Part shown: positions 14,039 through 26,952 of the stretch, one piece after another
Position numbering within the stretch: position 1 is the first letter of the stretch
Layout: each line of letters begins with the position of its first letter
Assembly (NCBI GenBank): GCA_951406725.2
Contig: OX597817.1
Span: 101,866,001 to 101,930,000 of the forward strand
Origin: Octopus vulgaris
Lineage: Eukaryota
Length of the DNA: 64,000 nucleotides
Reading direction: 5' to 3'
Notes under the pieces: generated by a model
What the model was told of the DNA's origin: nothing
The model's database searches: none
Seen by the model: only the letters and a program-made list of their open reading frames with translations
Made by a program: the position numbers and the translations under genes

Positions 14039-14258
14039 CCCTTTCATTACTGTATTTATTTTCAGAAGCTCTGTGTTTCTTTCAATTACTTTAAATATAA
14101 CAAAGAATTTATTAAAATAACTTAGTTATCATTCAGCTAGTGTTAGGAACATAAATTGTGACTAAGGTTTGGTGGAAGATTTTAATTCAAAACTTATGCA
14201 AACAAAACATTTGTACTCAAAGTCAGAGCCGGTTTCAGCCGGGTTGGTAACGAAAGGG
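14039..14258. mobile_element. piggyBac-like MITE (220 bp)
   Basis: TTAA on both sides (14035-14038 and 14259-14262); 12-bp TIR CCCTTTCRTTAC. Confidence 0.85.
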
Positions 14259-14329
14259 TTAATTTCATAACACTCACTAGCATTTTAATGATTAAGTCTT
14301 TCTGATCGTTTTTGAATTCTTGTTGAGCG

Positions 14330-15720
14330 ACAAGGAATATGAGTGGTAGAGCTATGATTTTGCTCTCAATTAGTACAAAACTGTTCCTATTCACACATTT
14401 CCTGAACTTGTGTACTTTTCAGCATAAGTCATCAGCAGATCTAGAGCTTGCTTGAGTTAGATTCTTCAAGTTAGCCTTGCAGCAATTACCAATGGAATAC
14501 TCCTCAGTGGAACTAGAGTTTCATCAGTTCTTACGGAGAAGTCTTCTAGATAGAATTATAACTTTAGTTAAGACAGTATTAATTTGATCACAGGGGTATC
14601 TGAAATGAAAATAGTGATGACTAACATTAATCATTAATTGACGTTGGGATTAAAGTGTCTTAGCAAATTTTCTCCAACTTCAGGGTGCCATCCAAATAAA
14701 GACCAAACTATTGATGAACAACATTAAAAATTAGCCTATCATGAAATATTAGGTGAGGAATCTAGTTACATGAAGCATTTTTCTTAAAACCATTTTCCTG
14801 TTAGCCATCTTGAATGAAGAGCATTATTGTTCTTAAAATTGTATCTAGTTGTTTTACTTGACTGTTTTTAGTTGGTTGATATGGAGATCTCAAGACAAAT
14901 TGGGATCCTTGGTTTGAGTAGATTGAAGCTGGAGCACCAAACCTGAGAAATGTGTTGAAGCAGCTCTCATACCAAACCGCACAGAGTTAGACATGATTAG
15001 AAGACCTTTGAAGTTGATACTGAGACACTCAAATAATTATGTGAACTTGATAAGTCCATGAAGAGGATGGGAGTATATGATACAGTTATCACAGATTTTT
15101 GTAACATCTCCTAAAAAAAATTACAAGTCCTTAAATCTGATGTAGTGCCATAATCAAGTCATTGCAGAATGATGCAAAAGATTACGTGAATTTGTGATAC
15201 CAGAGAATATTATAGGGGAGCATCTGGTAAAAGCATCACTAGCAACCTTATCTTTGCTTGATATGTTTCAGACACTGTAGTTGTAGAGTGGTGCTATTTC
15301 AATGTACCAGTGAAAAATCTTGTTGCTTGTTTTTCCTCTACTTTTGCGACTAAATATGAGATCACTTGTCAGTTGATGTTTCGTGTAAAATAGTCTTGAA
15401 ATAATAAAAAAATTCTCTTAAAACTTTCTGTGATAGCCCTAGCTTTCTTTTCAGTTGCTGGGAGATTTTGTTCAGGGTAAAACAGTTTTCTGAAGAATAA
15501 AGGAACAGGTTTAATACACTGTGAAAGGATAATTGAAATTACAGTTTCAACAGCATCAGTATTAGTATGTAGTGGCGTTTCAGATAAGATCAATGAAACT
15601 GGATCATTAACTATTAGTGTTTTAAGCAGAGGTAAAGCAAATAAGTGACATTTTTGCAAAGGAAAATTAAGATTTACTAGCAGTTATTTAGCATTGCATG
15701 GCATCAGGTAATCAAGGAAA
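14330..15720 (-). mobile_element. Degenerate Ty3/Gypsy pol fragment (RNase H and integrase)
   Basis: ORF 15369-15659 contains TDAV...ILSQ..KPV..F.RKL...EQN...EK.A.AI (RNase H-like). Peptide FGAPASIYSNQGSQF at ~14897-14941 resembles the integrase SDQGSQF motif. Confidence 0.8.
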
Positions 15721-15830
15721 GGTTTCAATTTTCCTAGATTAAATTGCATGTAATTATTTTATACTGTGTAACCTAGGTAACAAATGGATGTTTAGTGGTG
15801 GGGACATTTGTCATTGTTCACTAATCTGTT

Positions 15831-16050
15831 ATCTTTTACTTGCTTCAGTCGTAAGACTGTGACCATGCTGGGACACTGCCTTGAAAATTTTAATCAAACT
15901 TATCAACCCCAGTATTTATTTTTTTGTAAAACCTGGTACTTATTCTATTGGCTTCTTTTGCCAAACTGCTAAGTTATTGGGGCATATACATGCCAACCCT
16001 AGTTGTTAAATGGAAGAGGGGGACAAAGACACACACACACACACACACAT
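15831..16050 (-). mobile_element. tRNA-derived SINE, 3' part
   Basis: Matches the 3' half of the SINE at 56341-56833 (cttttacttg.ttcagtc...gactg.g.ccatgctgg). Confidence 0.8.
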
Positions 16051-16451
16051 AGATATGTATATAGTTCAAATTTACAGAAGGCAAAAGACGAAGACAAGTG
16101 AAGGAACAACAAACAGGTGTATTAGTTTAACACTCAGAAAAACGGAAAAGTCTTTGATGCTTCAAGCCTATACTCTTTGACAGAAAAGATTTAGAGAAAA
16201 AAAGTGTAGGGATTAACAGTTCAACATGATGAGATGGCCGGAAGAAAAAGGCTTAATGAAAGGGAGATAATAATGGTGACCCAGATGAACTAAGGTGCAT
16301 AAGCATGTGTGTGTGTATTGTGAATGGGGGTGAGTTCATGAATATGTATGTGTGGACGAACTTAAAATTATGTAGGCCTGTGTTTGTGATTATGTGGAGT
16401 GATGTGCATTTCATGTACTGGTGTGTATGTGTGTGTGCCTATAGACATGTA

Positions 16452-17085
16452 CATGGTGCAATGGATAAATTGTCGCCATTTTATAATTTTAATTTTGCGC
16501 ATGCACATTGTTTTTAATTTTGTTGACTACACAGTATAGTAGTGTCATTTGGGCACTGTCTGTGAGAAAAACAATACCATGACTCACTTCACTCTGTCAG
16601 AAATTTGGAAACATGTTATACTGCTTGGCATTCATGCCAGAAGCTCCAATAGGAACATTTTAGAGTGTTTGAGGCAATCTGAGTGTGGTGCATGTACTGA
16701 GAGTGATAAAAATCAATCATCCAGTCAACATCATGGTGTTTGGAGTGATCACTAGTAATGGTGACGTTATGCCTCCATTCATCTTCCCACACAACTTCAG
16801 ACTCAACACAGAGGCCTACATCAAGTGCCTGGAGGAGGTAGTGCTGCCCTGGGTCAAGAGGGTGACTGCTGGATGACCCTATGTCTGCCAACAGGACTTT
16901 GCACCATGCCACACAAGCAGAACACAGTCATGGCTGTCAAACAATTTCTGTGACCACATCACCCCTAACATCTGGCCTCTCCACAGACTGCAACCCCCTT
17001 GATTATTATGTGTAGGGCACAGTTAAGCAAGAGACCAACAAAACTCCTTGTAACACCAAAGATGAACTGAAGGCAAGGATTACTA
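16452..17085 (+). mobile_element. Deleted and truncated DD37D (maT-type) Tc1/mariner element
   Basis: TA plus CATGGTGCAATGGATAAATTGTCGCC left end. Peptides IMVFGVITSNGDVMPPFIF, QQDFAPCHT and DCNPLDYYV. No right TIR seen. Confidence 0.8.
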
Positions 17086-17767
17086 GGATCCTGACAAGAA
17101 AAAAAAAGAACACAATCGTTGGATTGGTATTAGTAATTGAATATAAAGTCATTTATGACATATGACAAGGACAAAAAAAAAACTATATCAAGAACTAAGG
17201 TTGGCACAATCTTTGAAGGTTTTAAAAGTACAGACAAGCTGTTTATTATAATCAAGGATAATGTTATCAAAATTAGTGGGATCCAAACATTTCATTTAAA
17301 TGAATTAAAAATTATTTACTTATTAAAATGAAAGCTCTGTATATTTCACTTAAACTGCTTTATAACCACTACTATTAATGTAGATTATATGAGGTGATAA
17401 TGGTGCATTAAGTTGATCAATGTGCTTGGTGGTGTTATGCATATGACTCCATCTCAAATTGATGGCAATAATGAGCTTCTTTTCATTACCATCATATCCA
17501 TATGATCAGAGGTATCTTGTGAATCTTATTGACTTCAACAAATTGGTAATTGTGACATTCATGCCTTTTCCCAAGAGAATTAGCAAAGTAAGTAAACAAA
17601 CAACCATAACTAGAAATTCAGTGCAGACTGCAGTTTACAGTCAACTTTTTTATTATCAATATACATAGAATATTCCTCAATCTTAACAATACTTGACCTG
17701 AGTTTTTCTAATGTGCTTGTAGTTGCTTTCAATTAAATTAACTTAATTTTTTTTCATTATTTTTCAG

Positions 17768-17792
17768 GGGAAGACCTGATTGCTCTCATGAG
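17768..17792 (+). CDS. FAM104/VCF-like protein, 25-nt exon 3 (GRPDCSHE)
   Basis: ttttcAG acceptor and GAG|GTAACT donor; bridges phase-2 exon 2 to phase-0 exon 4. Confidence 0.75.
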
Positions 17793-19757
17793 GTAACTAT
17801 TTGCTACTGCTTCTTAAGAACATATAGTGTGCTTATGAAAATTAATTATTTCTTTCAAAAATTGAGAATAATAAAAATAAAATTTTGTGTGTTGGGGATA
17901 GGTTTACGTTTCTGTTATGAAATTTTGTCCATATAGGTGAATGAACTTGTTCATTTACTGTTACCTTCTTATTATGAATATGATCAGACATTTCTTAGAA
18001 TTTTTAATATTTTATAAAAGCTTGTATTTATTTCAGCTGTGAATTAATATTTGATATTTAGGTTCAGTTAATTTATTATCTACAAAAGAAGAGATAGATA
18101 AGTTATAGTAAATTTTGGGTATAAATTGTTTAAACCTTTAGCATTCAGATTAATCTGTCAAATGTAATGCTTATTTATTCACAATGTTTTGAATTAATCA
18201 TGCATTATCTTTAGCTTTGAGTTTTCAGTTAAGTAATTATATATTTTTAAATGACTTTGTAGGTTAGGTGGATATGGGTTAAAACATTTTTATTGGATGA
18301 AACTTAAGTTACTGATTCCTAAGAAAGAAGATTTTTCAATTACTGTAATCATTTGAATATTATGACTGCAGCTTAGGGTGCAATACTGTAGTTTTTCTGT
18401 GAATAAAAGTTGTCTAAAATGTAGGTTACATGAAGCATTTAAGGTATTAAGGGGACTAAAAGTAGAGCCAGGTGAAAAAAGTTTCATACTAAATGCTTAA
18501 GGAAGCTCTAGTATTTTTTCTCTTTTTTGACAATTTACTTTATAATATGTTAGAAATGAGCTGTAGAGAGTCGTTGAAATGAAGAACTGATCTTGAGTTA
18601 GATAATATAATAAATAAGGCAAGCAATGGAATTTTATAGATTAGCAGGAGTCAGCAGAATCATAAAATAATAGGAAAGCTGGCTTTTTTAGTTTGACACT
18701 AATGATTACAGAACAGATTGATTAAGCATCAAGTTCTCTCACCTACTAATTCAACCAACAGATATATCTAATGGTTTGTTGAAGGTAATTATTAAATTCT
18801 ATTTACTAGCTGATATCCTTCTGAGAGTGGAGTCAGCTTGCTTCACAGTGTAGGTAATTTATTGGTGTTGTGTTAGTATCGCCTGTTATAAAGTAGGGAG
18901 CCATGTTATTGATTAGCTTCATCAGCTCACTTTATCATATGGTATTTAGCTGCATAAGGTAAAGTATGATGTATCTAGTTTGTTGTCCATTCACTTTTGC
19001 ATGTCTGAATGTTTTAGTACTAACTATAGGCGTGATATGAATTGGACTTCCTTGATGTGGAATAGCTGCAATTACTTGATATTCATTTTAAAAAAGCCTT
19101 TGTCATTCTGATGTTCCAATTGGCTGGATGATATATTTTGAATGAAAAAGAGCTGGGCATTTATGAGAGAAATTATCCATAGAGGTAGCTGAAAGAAGAT
19201 TTTGTAAGTAGGGTTACTCTTACAAATATTAAGTACTACGGAAAAAATAATTCTGAATTGAGACATGGAAACATGCTGTCTTTGAAAAACAAATGATGAT
19301 ATATGAGTGGTTTGTTTTAGCTTATTTAGGCTGGTAGATTTAAAATGGTGTTGAGAAATGTGTTTGTCTAGAGCTATAAATAGCGACAATCACAATGAAA
19401 TGATCGTTAACATTGATTTAAATGGGTAGAAAAATCTACGAATTACATTGTTTATATTTTATTGTATTTTGTGATAGTGACAGGATTGGCATTGTTTACA
19501 AAGGAGCATAATTATTGATCAATTCTTTTATGTTGATTGAAGTTTCTGATCATTAATTATTTATTTTTCTTTCATGCATGTTAATCTTGAAAAATTAAAT
19601 TATTGCTTCAGATTTTATAAAATATAGTCACCAATGTTTAGGCGTTCTAAGCAATTGAGGAAATTGGTTTATCTTTACTTTGATAAAATTTGTCACAAAA
19701 ATCTGAAACTAATTTAAATGTTATTTTCTTTAAATTGAGTATCTTTCTTTGTTGCAG

Positions 19758-20168
19758 TCAACACCAAGCCCTGACCCTCCTGTAGCTGAGAACAATCACC
19801 CAGATCAAAATTATAAGCTTTGGCAGCAGCAACAATTCCATCATCTACCTCCACAAGTAGACTGTTTAAACAACACTCAATCAAAACTCTATTCAGAAGC
19901 CTCTGGATCCTCTGCTAATATGTCTGCAGCAATAGCCAACCACCCTCACCCTTATAACCCACAACAGCAAACTCCTAACTCCTTTTTGGACACAAGGCAT
20001 ACTGCTGATCATACAGTCATAAAAAAATATGAGCCTGAACTTGATGAATCATCTAATCCATTTTATTATCGTATAAATGAAGTTTTATTTAAGGCCCATG
20101 CTGCTCGAATTGGGCGCTTAACAAAAACATCACCTTCAGACAGTAGCCATTTTTCTTTTAGCAGATAA
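19758..20168 (+). CDS. FAM104/VCF-like protein, last coding exon
   Basis: ttgcAG acceptor; 136 codons then TAA. The C-terminal NPFYYRINEVLFKAHAARIGR resembles the FAM104 helix YFHINQTLREAHFHSLQHR. The spliced CDS is 579 nt (192 aa) with no internal stop. Confidence 0.85.
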   Translation, partial: STPSPDPPVAENNHPDQNYKLWQQQQFHHLPPQVDCLNNTQSKLYSEASGSSANMSAAIANHPHPYNPQQQTPNSFLDTRHTADHTVIKKYEPELDESSNPFYYRINEVLFKAHAARIGRLTKTSPSDSSHFSFSR

Positions 20169-20700
20169 TTTTTTTTAACATATTAAAAAAATTATTTTTT
20201 CTAATTAAGCATTTCTGCTCTCTGTAAATAGATATTTTCTCCCATGTTTATTTAATGTATACTTCCTTCATAAGGTATGCTTTTAATAGATTTCAACTGG
20301 TGAGTTCCTTTCATATATAGTCAATGTTACCATTTACTTGGCTGAATAATTATTTAGAACTATTTACATATATCTAATTAATATATGGATGATCTTCATT
20401 AACCTCATTAGTGTATCAACTAACTTTCTTAACTATTTGGATTTTGTTCTTTTTCATCATCACTTGACAACGTTTTAAATATATTAAAATGGTAATGATG
20501 GGAAACTAGGTAAATGTATTTTATTTAAAATTAAAAGAAATCTGTTAGATGTCTAAACTCATCAGGATTTTATCATGAATAAAAACAACTTGTTGAATTT
20601 TCCTTGTTTGGTCATGACAACTCAGATACAAAAACTTCAGAAAATTATTTTTATTGAAGTTTGTAATAAAAAAAAAATTGTGTGTGTGAATGTGTATATA

Positions 20701-20930
20701 TCTTTTATCTTTTACTTGTTTCACTCATTTGACTGTGGCCATGCTGGGACACTGCCTTGAAGTGTTTTTTTAGTCGATTAAATTGACCCCAAAATTTAAA
20801 GCCTGGTATTTATTCTATCAGTATCTTTTTGCCATACTGCTAAGTTTCAGGGATGTAAACCAGTTGTCAAGCGGTGGTGGTGGGACATACACAGACACAA
20901 AGACACACACACACACACATTGACATATAC

Positions 20931-20963
<33 letters not shown>

Positions 20964-20974
20964 TTGACATATAC

Positions 20975-21009
<35 letters not shown>

Positions 21010-21014
21010 TTGAC

Positions 21015-21053
<39 letters not shown>

Positions 21054-21232
21054 TTGACATATAAATATATAGATACACGCACACACACACACACAATAAG
21101 CTTCTTTCAGTTTCTGTCTACCAAATCTACTCAAAAGGCTTTGGTCAGCCCAAGGCTATAGTATAGTAGGACTGAATCAGGAACCATGCAGTTGGGGAAC
21201 AAGCTTCTTACCACACGGCCATTCCTATGCCT
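20701..21232 (-). mobile_element. tRNA-derived SINE with an expanded internal compound microsatellite
   Basis: Same family as 56341-56833; internal [(CA)n TTGACA (TA)n] x4 at ~20903-21095. Confidence 0.85.
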
Positions 21233-22089
21233 GAAAGATACCAAAGGGATAAAAAAAAAAAAAAACAGTTTGTAATGTTTTGTTGCATATTTTCAAAGTA
21301 ATTATCCATAGAATACTACTTTTCTTCTGATTTTCAACAATTTTCTTGTTTCTCGTCATGAGTGTTATCCCATATTATCATCAAATATATTTTATTTTCT
21401 TAATTAGCATGTTAAAATAGTCCTTATCATATTGATATGATGCCATTATTTGATGCTCATGATTAAGATAAATGAAGATGACTAAAAACAATTTAATGTT
21501 TCATTGAAGTAGTGTAAACAATATTTAAACTAACTTAAATCTGGCAATTTGTTTATTTACTATAGGCCATACACTTGGGTATTTGATTGGTTAATCTTGT
21601 TATAATAGAGGCAGAATCGTGATTAAATTCTCTAAGACATCTGAATATTTCTTTATCAATAATAGGATTTTGTTCCTGTATAGAGATAGTAAAGCAAATT
21701 TGTTACCAGTAATGGTGAGCATAGAAAGTGGACAGTAAAACAGTGAATCCTTTTTTTTATAGGCCTCATTAAGTTATTTTTTTGTCTTCAAATAATTAGT
21801 GTGCAAGGTTTTAAACTTGTCAGAGCCAAGTCTGCTATTATTGTAGATTAAATTATTATTTTTGAAAACCCAACTAAATGTTGCTAGGCTAGTAGCAAAT
21901 TGCCTTTGTAGTTTTCTAAAGATATAATTATGCCAGTACTATCTAATTTTAAACTAACTTGAAGTTAATCCTATGCAAACTAAATACTGTTATACCATAT
22001 TTCCAACATCCAAAAAAATATTTTTAATGATGATATAAAGAAAAGATGAGAACATTTATTTCATAAGTAAACATTAAAGCATTGAGTGA

Positions 22090-23335
22090 GATGAAATGTT
22101 TTTAAAAATGAAGAAAATCTTGAATGCAGGAGAATTCATGCCGACATGTTTACTACATTAGGAGATGATGCTCCAGTTTTATCAGCAGTGCAAAAGTTGG
22201 CAGCTAAATTTAAGAGAAGGAAAAGTTGACTCAAGGTCTGGACGTCCTGCAACTACTACCACTAAGAAAAACATTCATCGTGTTCACCAGATAGAGATGG
22301 ATGACAGGTGATGAGCTATAAATCAAATAGCCAATGCTGTCACATTATCCCATGAAGTGAGAGGGTTGAGAATATTCTGCACAATGAATTTGGCATGACA
22401 AAAGTTTCTGCTCAGTGGGTGCCACATTTTCTGACCCCTTATCAAAAGCACACCAGGCTGATCACAACAGAGGAAAATCTGACATTGTTTGAAGCAGATC
22501 CAGCTGGTTTTCTTGAACATTTCTTAAGCTAGGATGAGTATTGGCTCATCACTTTGAGCCAGAGACAAAGAGGTAATCCATGTAGTGGAAACACTCCTCC
22601 TCACCTACTCCAAGGAAAGCCAAGATTGTTTCATCTGTAGGGAAGGTGATGGCCTCAGTATTCGGGGATGCCTTTTTGATCTCCATGTGTCTAACACACG
22701 TGGACATGCCTACAAAGTCAGAAAACAGCACAGCTCCCATGACTTTCGGAAACATTTTTTCACGCTCAGGGTTGCTGAAGCGTGGAATAAACTGCCTGCG
22801 TCAGTTGTTGACTGCCATGACACTGCATCCTTTAAGGCCCTCATGCTTTCTGAAATCCACCGAAACTACACCTGATTATATATACACTTTAGATGAGTTG
22901 TAGTGCACCTGAGCACTGTACACAATTATTATTATTATTATTGACTACTTTCAAATGGACCACACCATCACTAGAGAGTACTATGCCATCTTGCTGAGGC
23001 AATGACGAAAGGGTTTTGTTTCATCAGAACAAAGCTCCAGCACACAAGCCCTTGCTTTCAATAGCTGCTCTGCATGACCGTAGCTTTGAACTAGTTTATT
23101 TTCCTAATTTGACCCCATCTAACTATCATTTGTTCCCTAACAGGAAAAACTCACTTGGCTGGGAACCAGTATTGCAGTGATGATGAGACATCTGCTGTTA
23201 ATGACTTTTTTGACCAAGAGAATGAAAGCTCCTTCATCAATGGGATCCAAGCACTGCAACACTGGTGAAAGAAATGTGTGTACTGCAAGGAGTATGTTGA
23301 AAATTAACCTCATTTGTTCACATTCCATGACTGTC
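22090..23335 (+). mobile_element. Degenerate mariner interrupted by a CR1 fragment
   Basis: Collinear with the reverse complement of the mariner at 46767-48034 (SAQWVPH, DEYW.HHFEPETK and GKVMASVF motifs). Confidence 0.85.
22672..22942 (+). mobile_element. 5'-truncated CR1-clade LINE 3' end
   Basis: TRGHAYK...RKHFFTLRVAEAWNKLPASVV...SFK, stop at 22875, short UTR and an (ATT)n tail. Confidence 0.9.
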
Positions 23336-23384
23336 AGTCACTGGATATGACACCTTCCTGCATTAGCAATCCATGGATACTTGG

Positions 23385-23480
23385 AAATCATGTATCCTAC
23401 ATCACCAGATATTTTGAGCATCTCCATATCTAACTTTGATAGACCAGTAGCTTTCCCTATCTTCATGTCCTTATCTATAA
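23385..23480 (-). mobile_element. Small RTE LINE fragment
   Basis: Translates to IKDMKIGKATGLSKLDMEMLKISGDVGY, homologous to MKTGKAPGPSGITAEMLKISGSVGY in ORF 61616-63535. Confidence 0.65.
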
Positions 23481-25304
23481 ACACACACACTACAAGGTAA
23501 TTTCAATGAAAGAACATAATTTCTTGGGCACCCACATAAATATTGCTAAGTTCATAGAATGCCTAATTATTATCCATAAGCATTGCACTGCTTTTCGGTT
23601 TACATTGCTTGTCCAGCTAAAACTAACATTTAACATTAGGATAGAAGCTTCTGTCTTCAGTCAAGACTCAGCCAAATACTTGTAACAAGTGGAAAATATC
23701 TCTATATTATATATTTCTATACATTGATACCTTTTCACTATAGCTACAGTATATTTTTGTTTACATGATGATAAACTCTAAACTAAATCTTACTGAACAT
23801 ATATTATCAGTTTATCGGTAGTATAACTGCTTTCTGGTGGCAACAATCCGACAAGTAACCTAATATTGGTTAGTCCAACATCAAGCTACTTGTCTGACTA
23901 CTGTATGTATGTTTGTGCATACAGAAAGAATTTCATTTTAAACTATTTGCCATGAATTAAAATTGTAGAGTAATGTATAGTAAGAAATAAAGTGTTACAG
24001 AGTCGGGTGTACTATTTTGAATGCAAGATATTGAGACATTCAGCTCGCTAATCATGCATAGTCACTAATCTATAGTTCAACAATGTTATCTGACAGGGTT
24101 TAACAAATACCTCATGTTAACTAAGCATTGTTAGCTGGTGGTGTCTGAAGCAGTTAAAAGTAATAAACATTGTACAGGTTTCATACGAAAGAAGTTATAG
24201 CTTCATTTTAATTTACTGTATGACCTGGCTTATCTTTATCAAGCCATTTGAAGTATCACATGGAATTTATAAACTGTTGATGCAGATGAAACCATAAAAT
24301 TTTCCAAGTATCTCTCATACACACTTATTCACTTTACATCATAATCACTATTTTAGATATTTCAAGTTGGTAAAACACCATACATATATCAATTCATATC
24401 TGTAAGCAACAAGTTGTTTGATTTTCCAAGTTGGATCCTGCATACCATATAGTGATGGTTCCTGTTGATTGGCCACATGCTTCATGGTTACAGTGGATGA
24501 AGAAGTATTTCACCGAGATGGGACACTGCTTGGAGGGTTGACCAGGATGATCCGAGCAGATACTGACAACAGTGGATGCAGCGATGTGCTGCAACAGCAC
24601 ATGCCTCCATACCTGATATCTATGAAATTTAAGCCTTTTTATGCTTTAGAATTTAAATGCTTAAATCTTCCTCTACTATCATATTAAGTACCTTATTTGC
24701 ATCGCATGCCCTTTCTTGCTCAATATATTTTGCTTTATGGCAGCAAATCAGTTCACACTGTGGTTGATGTGTTACTAACAATATGAACCAATACCTTTGA
24801 TATCTGTTTTCCTTATTCTCACACATGAGCATTGCATTTACAGCACATGTCAAACTTTTCTACATCGTCAGAGACTAGCTATTTATTTATAGCAAAGGTG
24901 GCTTACAATGCTTTTATTCCTTATAACAATAACCATGTGATTTTTATTCATGGTTTCTTGTGTTGCCATGAATGAAGTAACAGGCACAATTAAAATTCTC
25001 ATTTCCTATTAACTGGTATTCTATTTTCATTTTTTGTGTGACTTGTTTACATTCTACACAGATTTTAGTTCCTACTACAGTCGCCTGTTTTTCAACACAT
25101 CTTCAAGCATTTATTAGCAGATGATATATCAGTCACGTATATTGTTAACTATTTAATATCAACCTAATATAAATTTTAAAGTATCTCTGCAGCAGACGGT
25201 GATTGACTTGCAGCTTTCATCTCTTTGTTTTACTTGCCATTTTCAAACTAATTTTTACAGGTTGCTCTCTTTATTCTATAAAGAACAGAATATACTATTT
25301 TTTA

Positions 25305-25680
25305 TTCTTTTACTTGTTTCAGTCATTTTACTGTAGCCATGCTGGAGCACTGCCTTAAAGGGCTTTAGTTGAAGAAAAATGACCTCAGGAAATTGTACAC
25401 CTAGTACTTATTCTATCTGTCTCTTTTGCCACACCACTAAGTTACAGTGACATAAACATACCGACATTGGTTGTCAAGTGATTGTGGGAGAGCAAACACA
25501 CACACAAATATATACATATATGTGCATCATCATCATCATCATCTTCATTTAACGTCCGCTTTCCATGCTAGCATGGGTTGGACGGTTCAACTGGGGTCTG
25601 GGGAGCCCGAAAGCTGCACCAGTCCAGTCAGATCTGGCAGTGTTTCTACAGCTGGATGCCCTTCCTAACGCCACTAACGC
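25305..25680 (-). mobile_element. SINE 3' part followed by an RTE-type 3'UTR/(GAT)n tail fragment
   Basis: SINE motifs run to ~25520; then (CAT)n ttaacgtccgctttccatgc...ggatgcccttcctaacgcca, shared with many RTE tails in the window. Confidence 0.75.
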
Positions 25681-25695
25681 ATGTATATATATATA

Positions 25696-26950
25696 TGAGG
25701 GGGTACCCAAAAGTAACCAGAAACGTTCTCTGTGGGGCAAGCCAGTTGTAGTTCAGACTTCTGCTGCTAGAAGCCTCTTGATGCAACCCTCAGGCATCAG
25801 TCTGCCAACTGGCAGCATCAAGTGTAGTCCTACTGCTATGTGGTGTTATATTGTTTTGCAGTGCTTCTCTGTTTGTTCCTTTGTTTCAGCCATCGTAAAA
25901 ATTGACAGTGTGCTTCCATGAAACTCTATTTTCTACTGGGGAAAACAGTAGCTGAAACAGTTATCGTGCTTCAGACAATTTACAAGGATTCTGCCATGAG
26001 CAAAACACCAGTTTACGAGTGGTTTTCATACTTTAGGAATGGTCACTTGTGACTTGAGGACCAATCTTGTTTAGGGCAACCATTGAACTCCTGAACAAAT
26101 GAACGAACTGATGTTGGAGGACTGTGGCTGAGCAATTGACAAACTTGTTGATATGACTGATATGTCCTGGAACACCTGCTGACAAATTTTGGTTGAGGAA
26201 TTGTGAATGAAAAGAGTTGCGTTAACATTTGTGCCTTGCTTGTTCACGGAAGATCAAAAGCAGCTACAACTGAATGCATGTTGTGAACTGAAAGAACAGT
26301 TGGAAGTTGATCCAGACCTTTTTAGAAAGGTCATCACTGGTGATGAAAGCTGGTGTTATGGCTACAACCCGGAAATAAAGCAGCAATCAAGTCAGTAGAA
26401 GCATTCAATGTCACCACATCCCCAAAAATGTGCATCAAGTGAAGTCCAACGTGAAGACGCTAATTTGTTTCATTGATGTGAAAGAAATTGTCCACAGAGA
26501 ATTTGTTCCTCCTGGTCAAACTGTTAACCAGACATTTTACTTAGAAGTTCTGAAGTTTTTGCAAGATGCAGTGAGACAAAAGCACCCCAACCTGTGGAGA
26601 ATGGTAGTTTCATCACCTGTGCACACCACCTTCAGTGTGAAACACTTTTTGACCAAAAATGGCATGACCCCCACTTAGCTACCCTCCATATTCACCCAAT
26701 CTTGCTCCCTGCAACTTTATTTTGTTCCCCTAATTGAAAAAGTCCTTAAAGGAAAACGTTTTGCAGATGTGGAAGAGGTGTTAGAAGGTATTACACTGCA
26801 AGAGCTCCAGGACTGCTTCAAACTGGAAAACACATCTGGATCAATGCATCACTTCAAATGGAGAATACTTTCAAGGTGAAAAACATGGTAAACATGTAAA
26901 AGTGAATAAAATAATATCAAAAATTCTGGTTCCTTTTGGGTACCCCCTCA
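25696..26950 (+). mobile_element. Full-length mariner with decayed transposase
   Basis: 27-bp TIR TGAGGGGGTACCCAAAAGKAACCAGAA (1 mismatch) with TA TSDs. Motifs VITGDESWCYGY and EFVPPGQTVNQ, plus a PPYSP remnant. Confidence 0.95.
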
Positions 26951-26952
26951 TA

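Noticed and set aside
20818-21161. Several 75-105 aa ORFs rich in CVCV/YIYI/THTH
   Set aside because: They are translations of (CA)n/(TA)n microsatellites inside a SINE; the same applies to ORFs at 1300, 30448, 31952, 40592 and 50842.
24300-25250. Coding-like composition with several short ORFs
   Set aside because: No consistent frame, splice pattern or recognisable domain; possibly a very old TE but unsupported.
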